Positions 1 to 11,170 of a DNA stretch of 64,000 bases are shown piece after piece (the stretch's first letter is position 1; every line of letters begins with the position of its first letter). The stretch is taken from the NCBI GenBank assembly GCA_038496445.1, contig JALMLS010000416.1:62001-126000 (forward strand). Direction: 5' to 3'. The notes under the pieces are model-generated. The model was not told where the DNA came from. It ran no database searches and saw only the letters and a list, made by a program, of their open reading frames with translations. Both the position numbers and the translations under genes were made by a program. Source of the stretch: Trichosphaerium sp. ATCC 40318. Its lineage: Eukaryota; Protista; Tubulinea.

Positions 1-471
1 TCCAAAAAAAAATGAAAAAAGAGTATTCGTAGTTTACCCATTTCTAGTAGTTGCGCGCATATTTCCAAGTCGATATTAAGAACGCCACGTGCCATAAGAT
101 GAAATGCGTTATTTCCTGAGCTATCTGTTTTTTTTAAAGTATCTTCGTATAAACCATCTCTTTCGCCTTTAGTTTGCTTGGTGTTGCGGTACCTACATAA
201 AAGAAGTACAATTGAATAAAATATAACGTCAAAGGTTAAATTCTTTAATATAGGTACGTTGTATATCTAACACGTGATCCATGGACACGACGCTCTATAA
301 TTTTTTGTTTTAGATAAAATATCTTCGAGCTTTATCCGTATGTACCATTGCTTGGCCAAGCATACTTCCAATCCATTTACTGGTAAACAAGTTATTGATG
401 TCGAAGAATTTGAATAGGGTATTTGTTAAGTCTGCTTTGTCAAGATGCTCCAGTTCTAGCGTGAATATAGC
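1..471 (-). CDS. Ankyrin-repeat-like protein, partial (spliced; runs off window start; 5' end unresolved)
   Basis: Minus-strand exons read AIFTLELEHLDKADL...SMLGQAM / SVVSMDHVLDIQ / YRNTKQ...DSSGNNAFHLMARGVLNIDLEICAQLLEMG, an ankyrin-like G-x-x-x-x-H...LL-x-x-G pattern, with GT-AG boundaries. Confidence 0.5.
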
Positions 472-890
472 CTAAGCGAGGGCAGAGTTGGTAAGAATGA
501 TTACAGCTTACAAGCGCTACAATACTGCACTGCGTGTATTCCTTTGAATAGTTTGTTTCTTATCTTTTTCTTGTTTCTCTACACTACTTGTGCTTATTAC
601 TTCATATCACATTGCTTTGCTAAGAGGTGAACGTAATTTTACTAGTAACTCAAGTTTTGTAGCAAGTAAAAACGAAAAACAAGGAGTGAAGACATTACAT
701 GATAACTTTTTTTGCATGTTGTTTTATCTATACCGTCGTTGCACAACAAGCTCCTAAGAGCTACATCAATTTTATTGTATGCCTGTGCCGTGACATCCGT
801 TGTTTTGGGACGCGTGATACTTAGTGAACTAGTTAAGCCAAAAGTCAACAAAAAAAACAGTCTAAAAAAAGAACAAAGCCTTTTAGCGTT

Positions 891-2042
891 ATGGCTGCCT
901 CAAATCAAAGTGGAAATGTTGCACCTATTGTAAAGCAAAGAACTATTAACGCAGACGGTACAGTTGGAGAAAATACCTTAATAGAGAGCCTGGACGCCCT
1001 TTCATTGTCTTTCTGCCTTCTAGCAGCGTCTGACGACGCTATTTTAGGCGTTCTAAGCTTCCTCGACTTAGAAACGCTTTATGCAACGTCTACTACTTGC
1101 GCACGCCTAAACACACTTGCTAGATACCAAATATCGCTCTTGCCATCGATTCCACAGTATACTATTAAAGATCAAATGCAGGGATTGATGGAATTTACTT
1201 TTTCTCAACCTCTGGACAAGGATGCAATCTACACGCTCCATGTCTCAGGAGTACCTATTACATATAACAAGGAAGAAGGCTACACCATTTTGCCCGTTGA
1301 TGAGAGACCTAGTTGTTATGACGCTATAAGTGAAGGTACAATACTGTTCACTTCAAAATCACTAAAGAAAGGGCTTCCTGGGAATGAAACTGTTTATGAA
1401 ATTAATATGGGCGGATACACAAGTACTTACATACAGTCTTTGTTGACTTTGTACTTTTCGGCAAAAAAGAAGGGTATTACAGTAAGGAGTAAACCATTTA
1501 AGACTACTCTTCAGCCTGGATATCCGTCATGCTTTGATGGAAATGCTTTGATTCATATGTCAGATGGAACTCAAAAGAGAGCGAAGTATATTGAAGTTGG
1601 TGATAAGGTTATTTCATCAAAAGATACTGTTCAAATAGTAAGAAAAGTCAGTTCTACTACAGGAAGAGTAAAAAAGTTGATGGTGAAACTTGGTGATTTT
1701 TGGATTACAAGAGGTCATCCAGTTTTCGTGAATGGTGATTGGTTCGTTGTCGTTATATCTAGCTTTGTAGTAGACATGTTTATTTTTCTTTCTTTTTTCT
1801 TCCTTTTGATGTTGCAGCGATATACTAACTCTTGGTTTAGGTTCAGACCGGATGAATTGTACCAAACCGAACTGAGAGTATCAGATGGTTTGTATAATTT
1901 TGTTCTAGATGGAGAGCATACTATACGTGTTGGCTTATCTAAAGTCTTTACGTGTTGTACACTTGGAAAATATTGTGGTGATAGATTGAGCAGTTTGTAT
2001 CCTGCTCTAAACAGGAGGTTTGGACCTAGCATTCTTGGTTAA
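891..2042 (+). CDS. F-box-like protein with C-terminal Vint-type Hint domain; probable 99-nt intron 1742-1840
   Basis: F-box-like SDDAILGVLSFLDLETLYATSTTCARLNTLA. Hint block A CFDGNALIHMSDGTQKRAKYIEVGDKV (Cys at 1530), block B ITRGHPV, block F LYNFVLDGEHTIRVG, Vint-like end CCTLG. Intron GTTCGT...TACTAAC...TTTAG restores DW|FRPDEL. Confidence 0.75.
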   Translation: MAASNQSGNVAPIVKQRTINADGTVGENTLIESLDALSLSFCLLAASDDAILGVLSFLDLETLYATSTTCARLNTLARYQISLLPSIPQYTIKDQMQGLMEFTFSQPLDKDAIYTLHVSGVPITYNKEEGYTILPVDERPSCYDAISEGTILFTSKSLKKGLPGNETVYEINMGGYTSTYIQSLLTLYFSAKKKGITVRSKPFKTTLQPGYPSCFDGNALIHMSDGTQKRAKYIEVGDKVISSKDTVQIVRKVSSTTGRVKKLMVKLGDFWITRGHPVFVNGDWFVVVISSFVVDMFIFLSFFFLLMLQRYTNSWFRFRPDELYQTELRVSDGLYNFVLDGEHTIRVGLSKVFTCCTLGKYCGDRLSSLYPALNRRFGPSILG

Positions 2043-2428
2043 ATTTGTTTGTTCTTTAAAGAGAGCTACACGCAACCTTTGATTATTATATCTAAAAACT
2101 GAAAGCCAGTACTCTAAACACGTGATGACGCTACACTAGTAGCATATTGAAGAACTTCATGTACTGGTATAACCATACAATAAAAACTTGTTTTTACCAA
2201 CTTTCTTCCGTCTTGTTTGTGCTCAAAACATCTGGGGCTTGTTTGGACTTTCTAATACAACAGAAAATAAATCACAAGAGATGAAAAACAGGGTTGATGT
2301 GGAGTTTTCATTTGCCCGCCAAATACGTATTTGAAACGCGCCAATTCAAAGAATAGCCTGTTAATGATTGTCATAGTACTTCTTCACGCTATCCACAAGA
2401 CTAAGGCTCATTTATTGGCACTATCAAT

Positions 2429-5400
2429 ATGACAGAAGAAGTGGCGATAACTATGGACGCTGTATCTATGGTACCAGATGAGATATGGCTTATGATGTTC
2501 AATGTACGACAATAAACGCCCGTGGAATATTTTTCTAACGTTTGTGCGTTGTACAATTTTTCTAAACCTTCTAGGAGGTTCCTAAGAATAACTTACGCGC
2601 ATGCGCGCGTGTTTGCGTACGTTCTGTTAGGTTCTACAAAAAAAAAGTTAAGAAACTATTTAGTGGCAATGGTACCACGTCAGCCGTGATATTGGATGGT
2701 AAAATGACGTCCTCAACACAATTTTAAAGTTTCTAACACCTCCTAGGGCTCATTTCCATACAGGGCCAATTAGAAGCTGTAACGATAAATCCATGCTTTT
2801 TACAGCTAAAACTTGCATTGTGGAGAAAGTATCACGCCTCTATAGTGACACAATAAGTTATTGTGTTCAACAAACTACGGGGGAACATATTCTTGAAGTA
2901 ACTGATTGGACCACTAGTACATTGTCGTTTTCCCTGCTGGGAGCAATGTCAAAGATACCAAAACTTTTCAGTCATTCTTTTCGTCAGTCTTCTAGATATA
3001 ACACAGTAGACCTCATGCTCTATATAAATAGGAATGTGTACGTAATGATTTGGTTTTTTTTTTCTCACCCAACAAATTCCTTTTTGTATTTTTTTTTCAT
3101 TTAGTCCACAACTGATATACGTAAATTTGCACTAATGTTAAACTCTGTATTATTGTGATCGTTTGATTACTCGTTTGAATTAAAAAAATCAGACACGTGC
3201 CTCTTGAGTTTGCTTTTTTTCTACCAACCTGACTTTTTTGGTTGCCAATTTAGATTGGAAAGTATGATTTACAATGGAGAGTTAATACCAGATTATCTTT
3301 GTGACATACTTGACACATGCATAAGAGATGATTTAGAAACTCATCTGGCACGTAGATATGTTGTAGAGTACAAGGACTCGTACCTGCCTATGGTAATTTT
3401 TTATTATTATTTTACGATTGTCTAAAAAACAGTGGTAACAGTGTTTAGGTGGTTTCCAGTACTGTAGAGCAGCCAATTGGGTTGAAATTAAAATTGTATA
3501 AGTACCAGTACGATGCCCTTACATGGATGACACGTGTTGAAGAGAACTTGGATAAAGGTATTGCCTTAAAACTGATTTCGTTTTAGCTCATCTTAATTTC
3601 ATACAGAATTCTCGTATAGTACTCTTGCCCATTGGTCTAGGATTCGATTAAATGCACTGTATGACCTTCAAAAGAAAATGTTTGTTCCCTCTGATGGACC
3701 TGTAGAAAAACCGCTCAAAGCGTCATTTAAAGGTACCATTATGTACAAAAATTTTAAGCTGACATGCCACTCAGGTGGTGTTCTCGCTGATGAAGTTGGT
3801 CTCGGCAAAACAATAGAAGGTTTGTATTGTCCATTTATTTACCAGAAACTAATGCTGTTCTCTACTAGTATTGGCATTAATACTATCCAAGCCAGCACCT
3901 AAATTTAAGGAGCCTGCTTTTGAATTAGAAGACAAAACTCTGGAGCCTCTTTGGAAGACGAAAGCTACACTTATTATAACACCTAGCCACCTGTCCAAAC
4001 AATGGTTTGAAGAATTTACAAATCACGTCAAAGAAGAACATGCGTTGAATATCGTACTTGTAACAACAACTAAACAGTACAATGATTACACCCACCAAGA
4101 TATTCTAGATGCTGGTACGAGAAAAAAAACTTGAAGTTTTAACTTTAGTTTTCAGTTCAAAACCATTTCGTTGTAACACCCACAAAGGTTCCGATACACA
4201 TTCTTCTACTTTTCCATGAAATACAATTGTTATTGTTTTTGCTGTAAAGGAGAATTTGCTATTTGAACTTCGTTGAATTGAAGCAAATTGTTTATTCTTT
4301 ATTTTTTCTTCTTCTCTTTTTTACTTACTGTATTACTTGTTCCGCAGACGTTGTCATTGTATCTTATCCTATGTTACGTAACCCTAATTACATAAATATT
4401 GGCATGGAGAGTATTGAAACTTGCATTGAAAACAATACGCAGTTTGTAAAAAGACGTGCCAAGATGCTGACTAAAAGTCAACGTATTGAAAGACCAAGAC
4501 TATTAAGCAACATGAGAAAGGTAAGAGAATAGACGACCTCTCTTCCTATTAAACTAGAGTCAACAACAAAACTTCTTTTCAGTCTCACGTGATTCATTAA
4601 GGAAGCGAATGCTCGTGATGATCGAGGTGAATGGTTCCCTTTTGTGTTGAATAACTATTACTGGCATCGTATTGTACTTGATGAAGGACATGAAGTCCTT
4701 TGTGAGAAACAAAGCCATTTCTACCCTGAAGAACTAACTTCATTGGAATCAAGAACAAGATGGGTAGTAAGTGGAACACCCTTTCCAAACTGGTACGTTT
4801 ATAAAAAAACCATTTTTTCTTTTTTTGGGCTTGTTGGATTCTTACTGGTTTCATGCACTTAGGCTGACTGTTAGCGGTATTATGAGATTTTTAAGAGTTA
4901 AATCTTCTGATCCGTGGTTTGAAACCTACTTGAATAAGGCAGGAACAGGGCTAGAAAAAGCTTATTCCAAGTTCGTCTATCTTTCAGAAAAAAAAAACTC
5001 TTTGTTCAACTTTGCTAACACTAGTATAGCTGGGTTGTTGCAGACTTACTCATATCTAATCTATACTGGTACGATTTATTACTTGCACCCCTTACCTCAC
5101 TACTCACGTGCAATTCTTTAGGCGTAATACAAAACAAACCATAGAAAGCGAACTGGATATTCCAGAGTACTCTGAGGTAGTGAACTTACTCACATTCCAT
5201 CCAATTGAGCGCCTATATTACTCAGAGCCAAGTACATCATTAGGTACTATAAATGTAAAACATATTTAACATCCCATTATTACTTTAACCCTTAACACGT
5301 GATAACAAACAACAATCTTATCTTTTATAATTTCACTTACATGTTCTTGTTTTTTCCAAGAATCTAAGCGAGAGATGTGCACTATGAATAGAGATGGAAT

Positions 5401-7713
5401 GAATTCAATTTTGTCAATCAAACAAAGAACTACCAAACTTTATACTGTATGTACTCAAGTGTTCAAACTTTGACGAATTTACTTTACTACAAGGAAGACA
5501 TAAAGCTACTTAAACACGAAATACGCATGTGTAAATACAATATAGAAAATAGCAACAACCAACTTCGAGCGCCTAAAATCACAGCTCATAGAAGAAATCA
5601 ACTTCAAAGAAAAATTACTGATGACCAACGAGATATGGAATTACTTTCAAGCTCACTAGAAGAAAATACAATGCTATTGAATAGATATTTGGCTTACAAG
5701 TTAGATACAAACTTTTTGAAGGTAACTACTTTAGTAGCTGTTTGACATTCAAATTCCTTTTAAAGTTCAAACAAACTATTTCTTTGTCTGTGTTTTTTTG
5801 GGCTTCTATCATGTGTTACACTAGAAAACCTTGCTACAAAATCTTGCTGTTTTTCAGCGCTTCTAGTGCTTCTTGTTAAAGATCTCTCAGATGTACAAGT
5901 TTTACATTACCTAACTTTTTGGATTACAGACAAAATCTATCTTGCCTGGTTATAAATGTGTCCCAAAAGAAGCGATACCATTTGTTGATAAGAAAAAGAT
6001 GATAGATATACTAAAGAAGCGTAGATTACCAATAACAGGAAGTATTGGTGTTCTACGAAGGAGGTAAAGAGTTTTAAAAAAAAAACCTGAAATCAATTCT
6101 TCTTTCTTACATTTTTCTATCAAACAGGGTATCAACCGTTCTGAGTAAAGAAGATTTTCTAATGGAGCATAATAAAACACCAGAGCATTATACTGACTTG
6201 ACTAATCACGAGTTGAAGTTGTGCTATGGGACAAAAATCGGTAATGTTTCAACGGTTTAACTTTTCTTCTAAAAAAAGTTTTAGCATCCAAAAAACGTCC
6301 CTGAGTTACCTTAGTCTCGTCTTTCTTTTTCTCTAAATTTTTACTGTACTAATGCATCAACACATCAAGTCTTACATAATCTATCTTTATTATCATGCAT
6401 TGTTTTGACTCCTAATAACACTGTCATTTAGGATCGCTCCTTGGATTTTTGCAAGATTTATGGAAAGAGGAACCTACAGAGCGTGTTATACTTTTCTCTC
6501 AGGTATGTAAAATTTAATTTAGTAGCATTTTAATCTAACCCATATATTTAGTGGACTGACGTACTGATACGATTCAAAAAAATCCTTGTCTCCCACGGTA
6601 TAAACAGTACAATGATTTCTGGGTAAGTTCCTTTTTTTTGTTCTATGACCAGTTTTATTGTCTTTTATCTCAGCACGTGCTCAAAAAAAATTGTGTCATT
6701 TAATGTACATACAAAGCCATCTTTGACATCCTTTATTGTAGCACTGTAACAAATCGTAATACTGCTATTGATGCGTTTAAGAGCGAAGACTCTGATGTAA
6801 AGGTTATTCTACTTAGCCTTGAAAAATCAGCTTCTGGAACAAATCTAATGAACGCAAAATATGTCATATTCATAGACGCTGTACTTGGAACTTTGAGTGA
6901 GATTAAAGCAATTGAACAACAAGCAATAGGAAGAGCTGTAAGTGTTTTTTTTATCAAAATCCACAAAAAAGAAAAACTTGCATTTCTATCCCTACGAAGG
7001 AGCTAATGTGTACTCTTTGTTTAGTATCGTATGGGCCAAAAAGATAATGTATGTGTGCTCAGATTTATTATCAAAAATAGTGTTGAGTATGATAACTATG
7101 AAACAATTCTCAAAGAAAGTTCGTACTTCTTTGTTAGTTTGTTAACTCACTACCTTTTGACAGATGACAACATTACTATATGGCATAACGGTAAACCTCA
7201 ATGTTCATCAAACATGGACATAGATGCTAACGAAAATGAACTTGATGATGATACCAACAAAGAAGAACCAAAGGCAAAACGGAGGAGAAAAAGAACAATT
7301 ACAATTAAAAGAAAGAAAAAGAGACCAATACTTGAAAGTGCTACATCAAGTACTGCTTTAGTAACTGACACCATCTCGAATAAACATGATGGCGAACCCA
7401 ATTGCATATCAAATACCAACATAGATATCAATGAAAAAGAAGGGAAGAGGATGAAACCAAGGAACATGAAACAAAAACAAAGAAGAGAAAAAGAAAATCA
7501 ATTACAATCAAACGAAAGAAAAAGAGACCAAGACTTGTTAAAGCTAAATCTACTGGTGGTAGCACGACGAAGAAACATAATGAAAAATCCAAAGACGAAT
7601 CAGCCGCAGATGTTGACACCAATAAACAGAAATATGACAACGATGACACTGAAGAAAAGCCTAAAATTAAAATAAGAAAAAGAAAAACAATAAAGATAAA
7701 AAGAAGGAAATAA
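2429..7713 (+). CDS. F-box + SNF2-family (Rad5/16-like) helicase/ATPase with basic repeated C-terminal tail; multi-exon
   Basis: F-box VPDEIWLMMFN|EVPKNNLRACARVC|WQW. SNF2 motifs LYKYQ, GGVLADEVGLGKT, TLIITPSHL, WHRIVLDEGHE, VSGTPF, VILFSQW, SGTNL, EQQAIGRA-RMGQ. Apparent 1-nt frameshift near 7442 in the tail; no RING finger seen. Confidence 0.85.
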
Positions 7714-8876
7714 ACATAATTATTTAATGTACATATGTATATGTATACTTTGAACTTTGAGCTTGTTCAAGGTTCGAAATAAATCTTATGACAATCCTTA
7801 AAGACAAAAACGTTGTCACCTTCATCAGGTGTCCAGATCTAAAGTGTTTTAACAAGAAACAAAGCCGTGCATCTCCTTCACTGCCCGTGCTCTCAATTTG
7901 AATGCGACTGTATTCAATCTGTCAATTTATATGCTACAATAGCGATGCCCTTTGCCCATCTTAATTGGTAAATAGTTGTTGCATAGCTCTACTCACATAG
8001 CAAATTCTTCAATACCGTTGTTATCCATTTTAGTTTGTACTTGCAGAACGCTCAGTGCTATACTTAGGTATTATATTACGAGCATAACTGAGTACTTCCA
8101 TCAACGAGCAGAACTTCCCAAGTGCAAGTTTTGGCTTAACAAAAAACTTTGGGAGCTGAGTCCTCCTTCATGCTTTTGTATGCTCAAACTGTGAATACAG
8201 CTCCTTGTTGGTTTGAACAAAGTCTATGGAGACATTGGGTTAGTGTTTGAGTTAAACTACACATGAAGGACGCACTAAAGCTAAGAATTATTCTATCGCA
8301 CGTCATGTTGGCATTGTCAAACGTGACAACTAAGGGATGTGTTTTCGAAGAAATTTTTTTAAACTCGTTGCATTTTGTGTGTATCGTGGATTGTTAGATG
8401 GCGCATATGACGACAGATATGCGAAAAACAGACAGATTGGGTTCCGTTACTGTAAAAAAAACGCGAACTTGTCCAGAAAGCAAACTAGTTTCAAAAGTTT
8501 TGTTTAGCACGGTTGATATTGTTCGGCTCTTACGTCGCTTGAATCCACTAAAAAAAAACAATTACTGCATTTGGTCCCATGCAGTTGTTACATTCTCTGT
8601 AACCGACCATGTCGGCATCTACGTAAACAATTCCGCTATGAAGGCAAAAAGAAAACTCGCACAGTTTTCGGCTTTTTTCTCTCGTCATGAAACGCGTACA
8701 AATAGTCGAATTTGGCTCTCCTACGTTTCCAATTGTTTTTTTCAGTGCTCATTAGGATAAAACTAAGTCTAATTATCGTAACAAAATGGTCCCACAAATA
8801 TCTCATTGTAAGGGTGATTCTACAGCAATTGCTGGTACAAATCCATTTTTTTTTTTTACAAACTCACATCTTAGTT

Positions 8877-9775
8877 TAGTGGTTGAAAGTTAACGGCTCA
8901 GCTCTAAATGACTTTTCAAACAAAAACAACTCTATTTAACCGGCTAACCGACTCCAAATTGTTACAATAAAACACGTGTTTGGAAATTTATTTGTAGTTT
9001 ATGTAGACTAAGTACTTAGCATTACCTGCAGCACAAACTTGCAGTTCTAGAGATTTTGTACTCAGACTAGTACGTTTGCTTGTCATCACAATAGAACCAC
9101 AAGAAAATACTCTCTCAACTGTTGCGGAACTTGCTGGCATTCCTAAGTACACTCTAGCCAAAGCTGAAAGGAGAAAGTAAGAACGGTTGCCACGCCACCA
9201 TGTTAATGCACACTGTTTTAGGGCAAGTGCAGGCATCCGTCTGTATTGCTTCAGTTCTTTGGCAATCTAAGAAAAAAAGAAAATAAAACTTTTCGAAAAA
9301 AAAAAAGAATCCGAGGATCAAGAGCGGAAGCAACATGTTACTTGCCATTGATCTTTGTAGAACCCATCTCAGTAACAAATTGTCTAAGCACACTTGATCT
9401 TCATGCAATAGCGTAGGGTTTGCTTTGAATCCCATTGAGGTGAGCGATAGTTGTTTCAGCTGGGCTTTTGTTCCATCGTTTAAGCACAATTTACAAACTT
9501 GTAAATGCTTGCGAAGTGTATCAGTGCTGGAGTTGCGACTGAATGGTGCTTGACAATAGGCACAAGAAACCTTATCAGGCGAGTCTATCATGGTCAATAA
9601 ACAAAAACATCAGCAGTTCTTGTTAGTAGACGTTTTTTGGTTCCGCTACTTGGTGGTTCAGCCATTGAAATTGGTATTTAGAACGGAAACGATTTAAGTC
9701 AATTAAGTCATTTATTTTTTTCGTGACAGCCAAATGACTAAGCCGGTTAAATAAGCCGTTTACCAACAACCACTA
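8877..9775 (-). mobile_element. Non-autonomous, internally deleted hAT DNA transposon (899 bp)
   Basis: Imperfect TIRs TAGTGGTTGaaaGTtAACGGCT and TAGTGGTTGttgGTaAACGGCT; perfect 8-bp TSD TCTTAGTT (8869-8876 and 9776-9783); BED finger (CAYC...LRKHL), LDPR relic and hAT dimerisation domain (WW...LARVYLGMPASSATVERVFS); no catalytic core. Confidence 0.92.
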
Positions 9776-10000
9776 TCTTAGTTATAATGAGGTTTTTCTA
9801 CGTCCTACGACAAAGTACTCCAAAACCGTTACACACCCAGGGTGGATTGTTTTGTTGGTACTATCAATGCTCCCGTTTTGATATACTTCCTATTTTGATA
9901 TCAAAAAATGTTATTTGAATATTCACATAAGTGACTTTGCAACTCAAAATCGGGCAGCATTTGCCCTTCAAAGTATCATTACTTAGGAATTCATACAAAG

Positions 10001-10632
10001 ATGAACACTCTTCTAAGCTTACTAATTGCATTAATTGTAACCTTGTGTTTGGTTCTACCAGCGGAGTAAGTTGTTTTTTCCGATATTTTCAGAAATGCAT
10101 TTCTAGAGCACTTTGTATCACTTTCTCGCTTGATTACTAACCCTGTACTAGATCAAAGTTCAGAAGCAGAGGCAGTAGGTTTGGTTCTACAATCTATAGG
10201 CCAAAACCTCGTTTCGATGACTATGACGAAGATACCGACATGGCTTTCAATGGCAACGGTGCTGGTATGACGAGAAGAGGTGAACAAACTGTTGCTTTCA
10301 ATGGCAATGGCGCTGGTATGACAAGAAGAGGCGAACAAACTGTCGCTTTCAATGGTAATGGCGCTGGTATGACCAGAAGAGGCGAACAAACTGTTGCACG
10401 CCAACCAAAGTTCGATTTCGGTTTTGATAGACTCCCAAGAACCACTCGTACTGCCCACAACTGGCCTGGAATGAACGAGAGAAAAGATTTCTGGGACATA
10501 AACAGCCCTGCAAAGTACCTCAACCGATACAGCTCTCGCAGAACAAACCGCGCTCGCGTTGCTCACAACTGGCCTGGAATGAATGAGAGACAAGATTTCT
10601 GGGACAAAAACAGACCTGCTAAGTACCTTTAG
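10001..10632 (+). CDS. Secreted multi-repeat peptide precursor, 181 aa (exons 10001-10065 and 10152-10632)
   Basis: Exon 1 MNTLLSLLIALIVTLCLVLPA is a signal peptide. Intron GTAAGT...TACTAAC...CTAG joins in frame to the 10240 ORF. Contains 3x AFNGNGAGMTRRGEQTV and 2x AHNWPGMNERxDFWDxNxPAKYL; AATAAA shortly after the stop. Confidence 0.85.
10243..10395 (+). repeat. Three tandem 51-bp coding repeats (AFNGNGAGMTRRGEQTV)
   Basis: Direct repeats differing only at 6 synonymous third-codon positions. Confidence 0.95.
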
Positions 10633-11170
10633 AGTATACTGAGTAATAAAGTGAAATCACTTCCTTTTCACAGGCCGTCTTTTTTTTTGAGAGTAAAAAC
10701 GAGCGCTTGTCGTTCCATTTCAATTTGGTTGTGTACTGTGAATGTGATTCACAACAAACACGTTGTGGGATTTCCCTAAAAGACTTTTTAACGTTTCTAA
10801 TTGAGAAATTCTTGAGGGTGTTGTTCCGGTTATATAACCCGAACACATCATACACGAGGTTCTACTCTGTGCGCCCCTTTCAAAGAAGAGCTTTACAGTA
10901 GCTATGAATCAAGTAGTGCTCTCCTAATTCTCAGGCTTTACGCACAATACGCTTGCCCCACAACGTCCTCGATGTTTTTAGATTATTTTGGCGTATAGAC
11001 ACTTCGCGTTTGGTGAGAAATACGTTTCTTTTAATCACTTTTTGGCTTGAATGAACTTGAAAAAAATCATGTTTATTGATTGCTGTGTACAAAGTAAAGA
11101 GTACTAAAGAATTTGCTTTAGAAAAGTTTAAAATCGCGCTTATCATCAGCACATGTTGATCCTTTTGAAA

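Noticed and set aside
1530-2042. Hint domain as a true intein
   Set aside because: No terminal His-Asn followed by Cys/Ser/Thr, no real C-extein and no endonuclease domain
7760-8860. Short ORFs or a decayed gene between the SNF2 gene and the hAT element
   Set aside because: No recognisable motif and frames are interrupted; insufficient support
10243-10395. 51-bp direct repeats as a CRISPR array or satellite
   Set aside because: No unique spacers; variation is purely synonymous within an ORF; eukaryotic context
10153-10593. Minus-strand repeat ORFs (146 aa and 100 aa)
   Set aside because: Antisense shadows; substitutions are synonymous on the plus frame, which also has the signal exon
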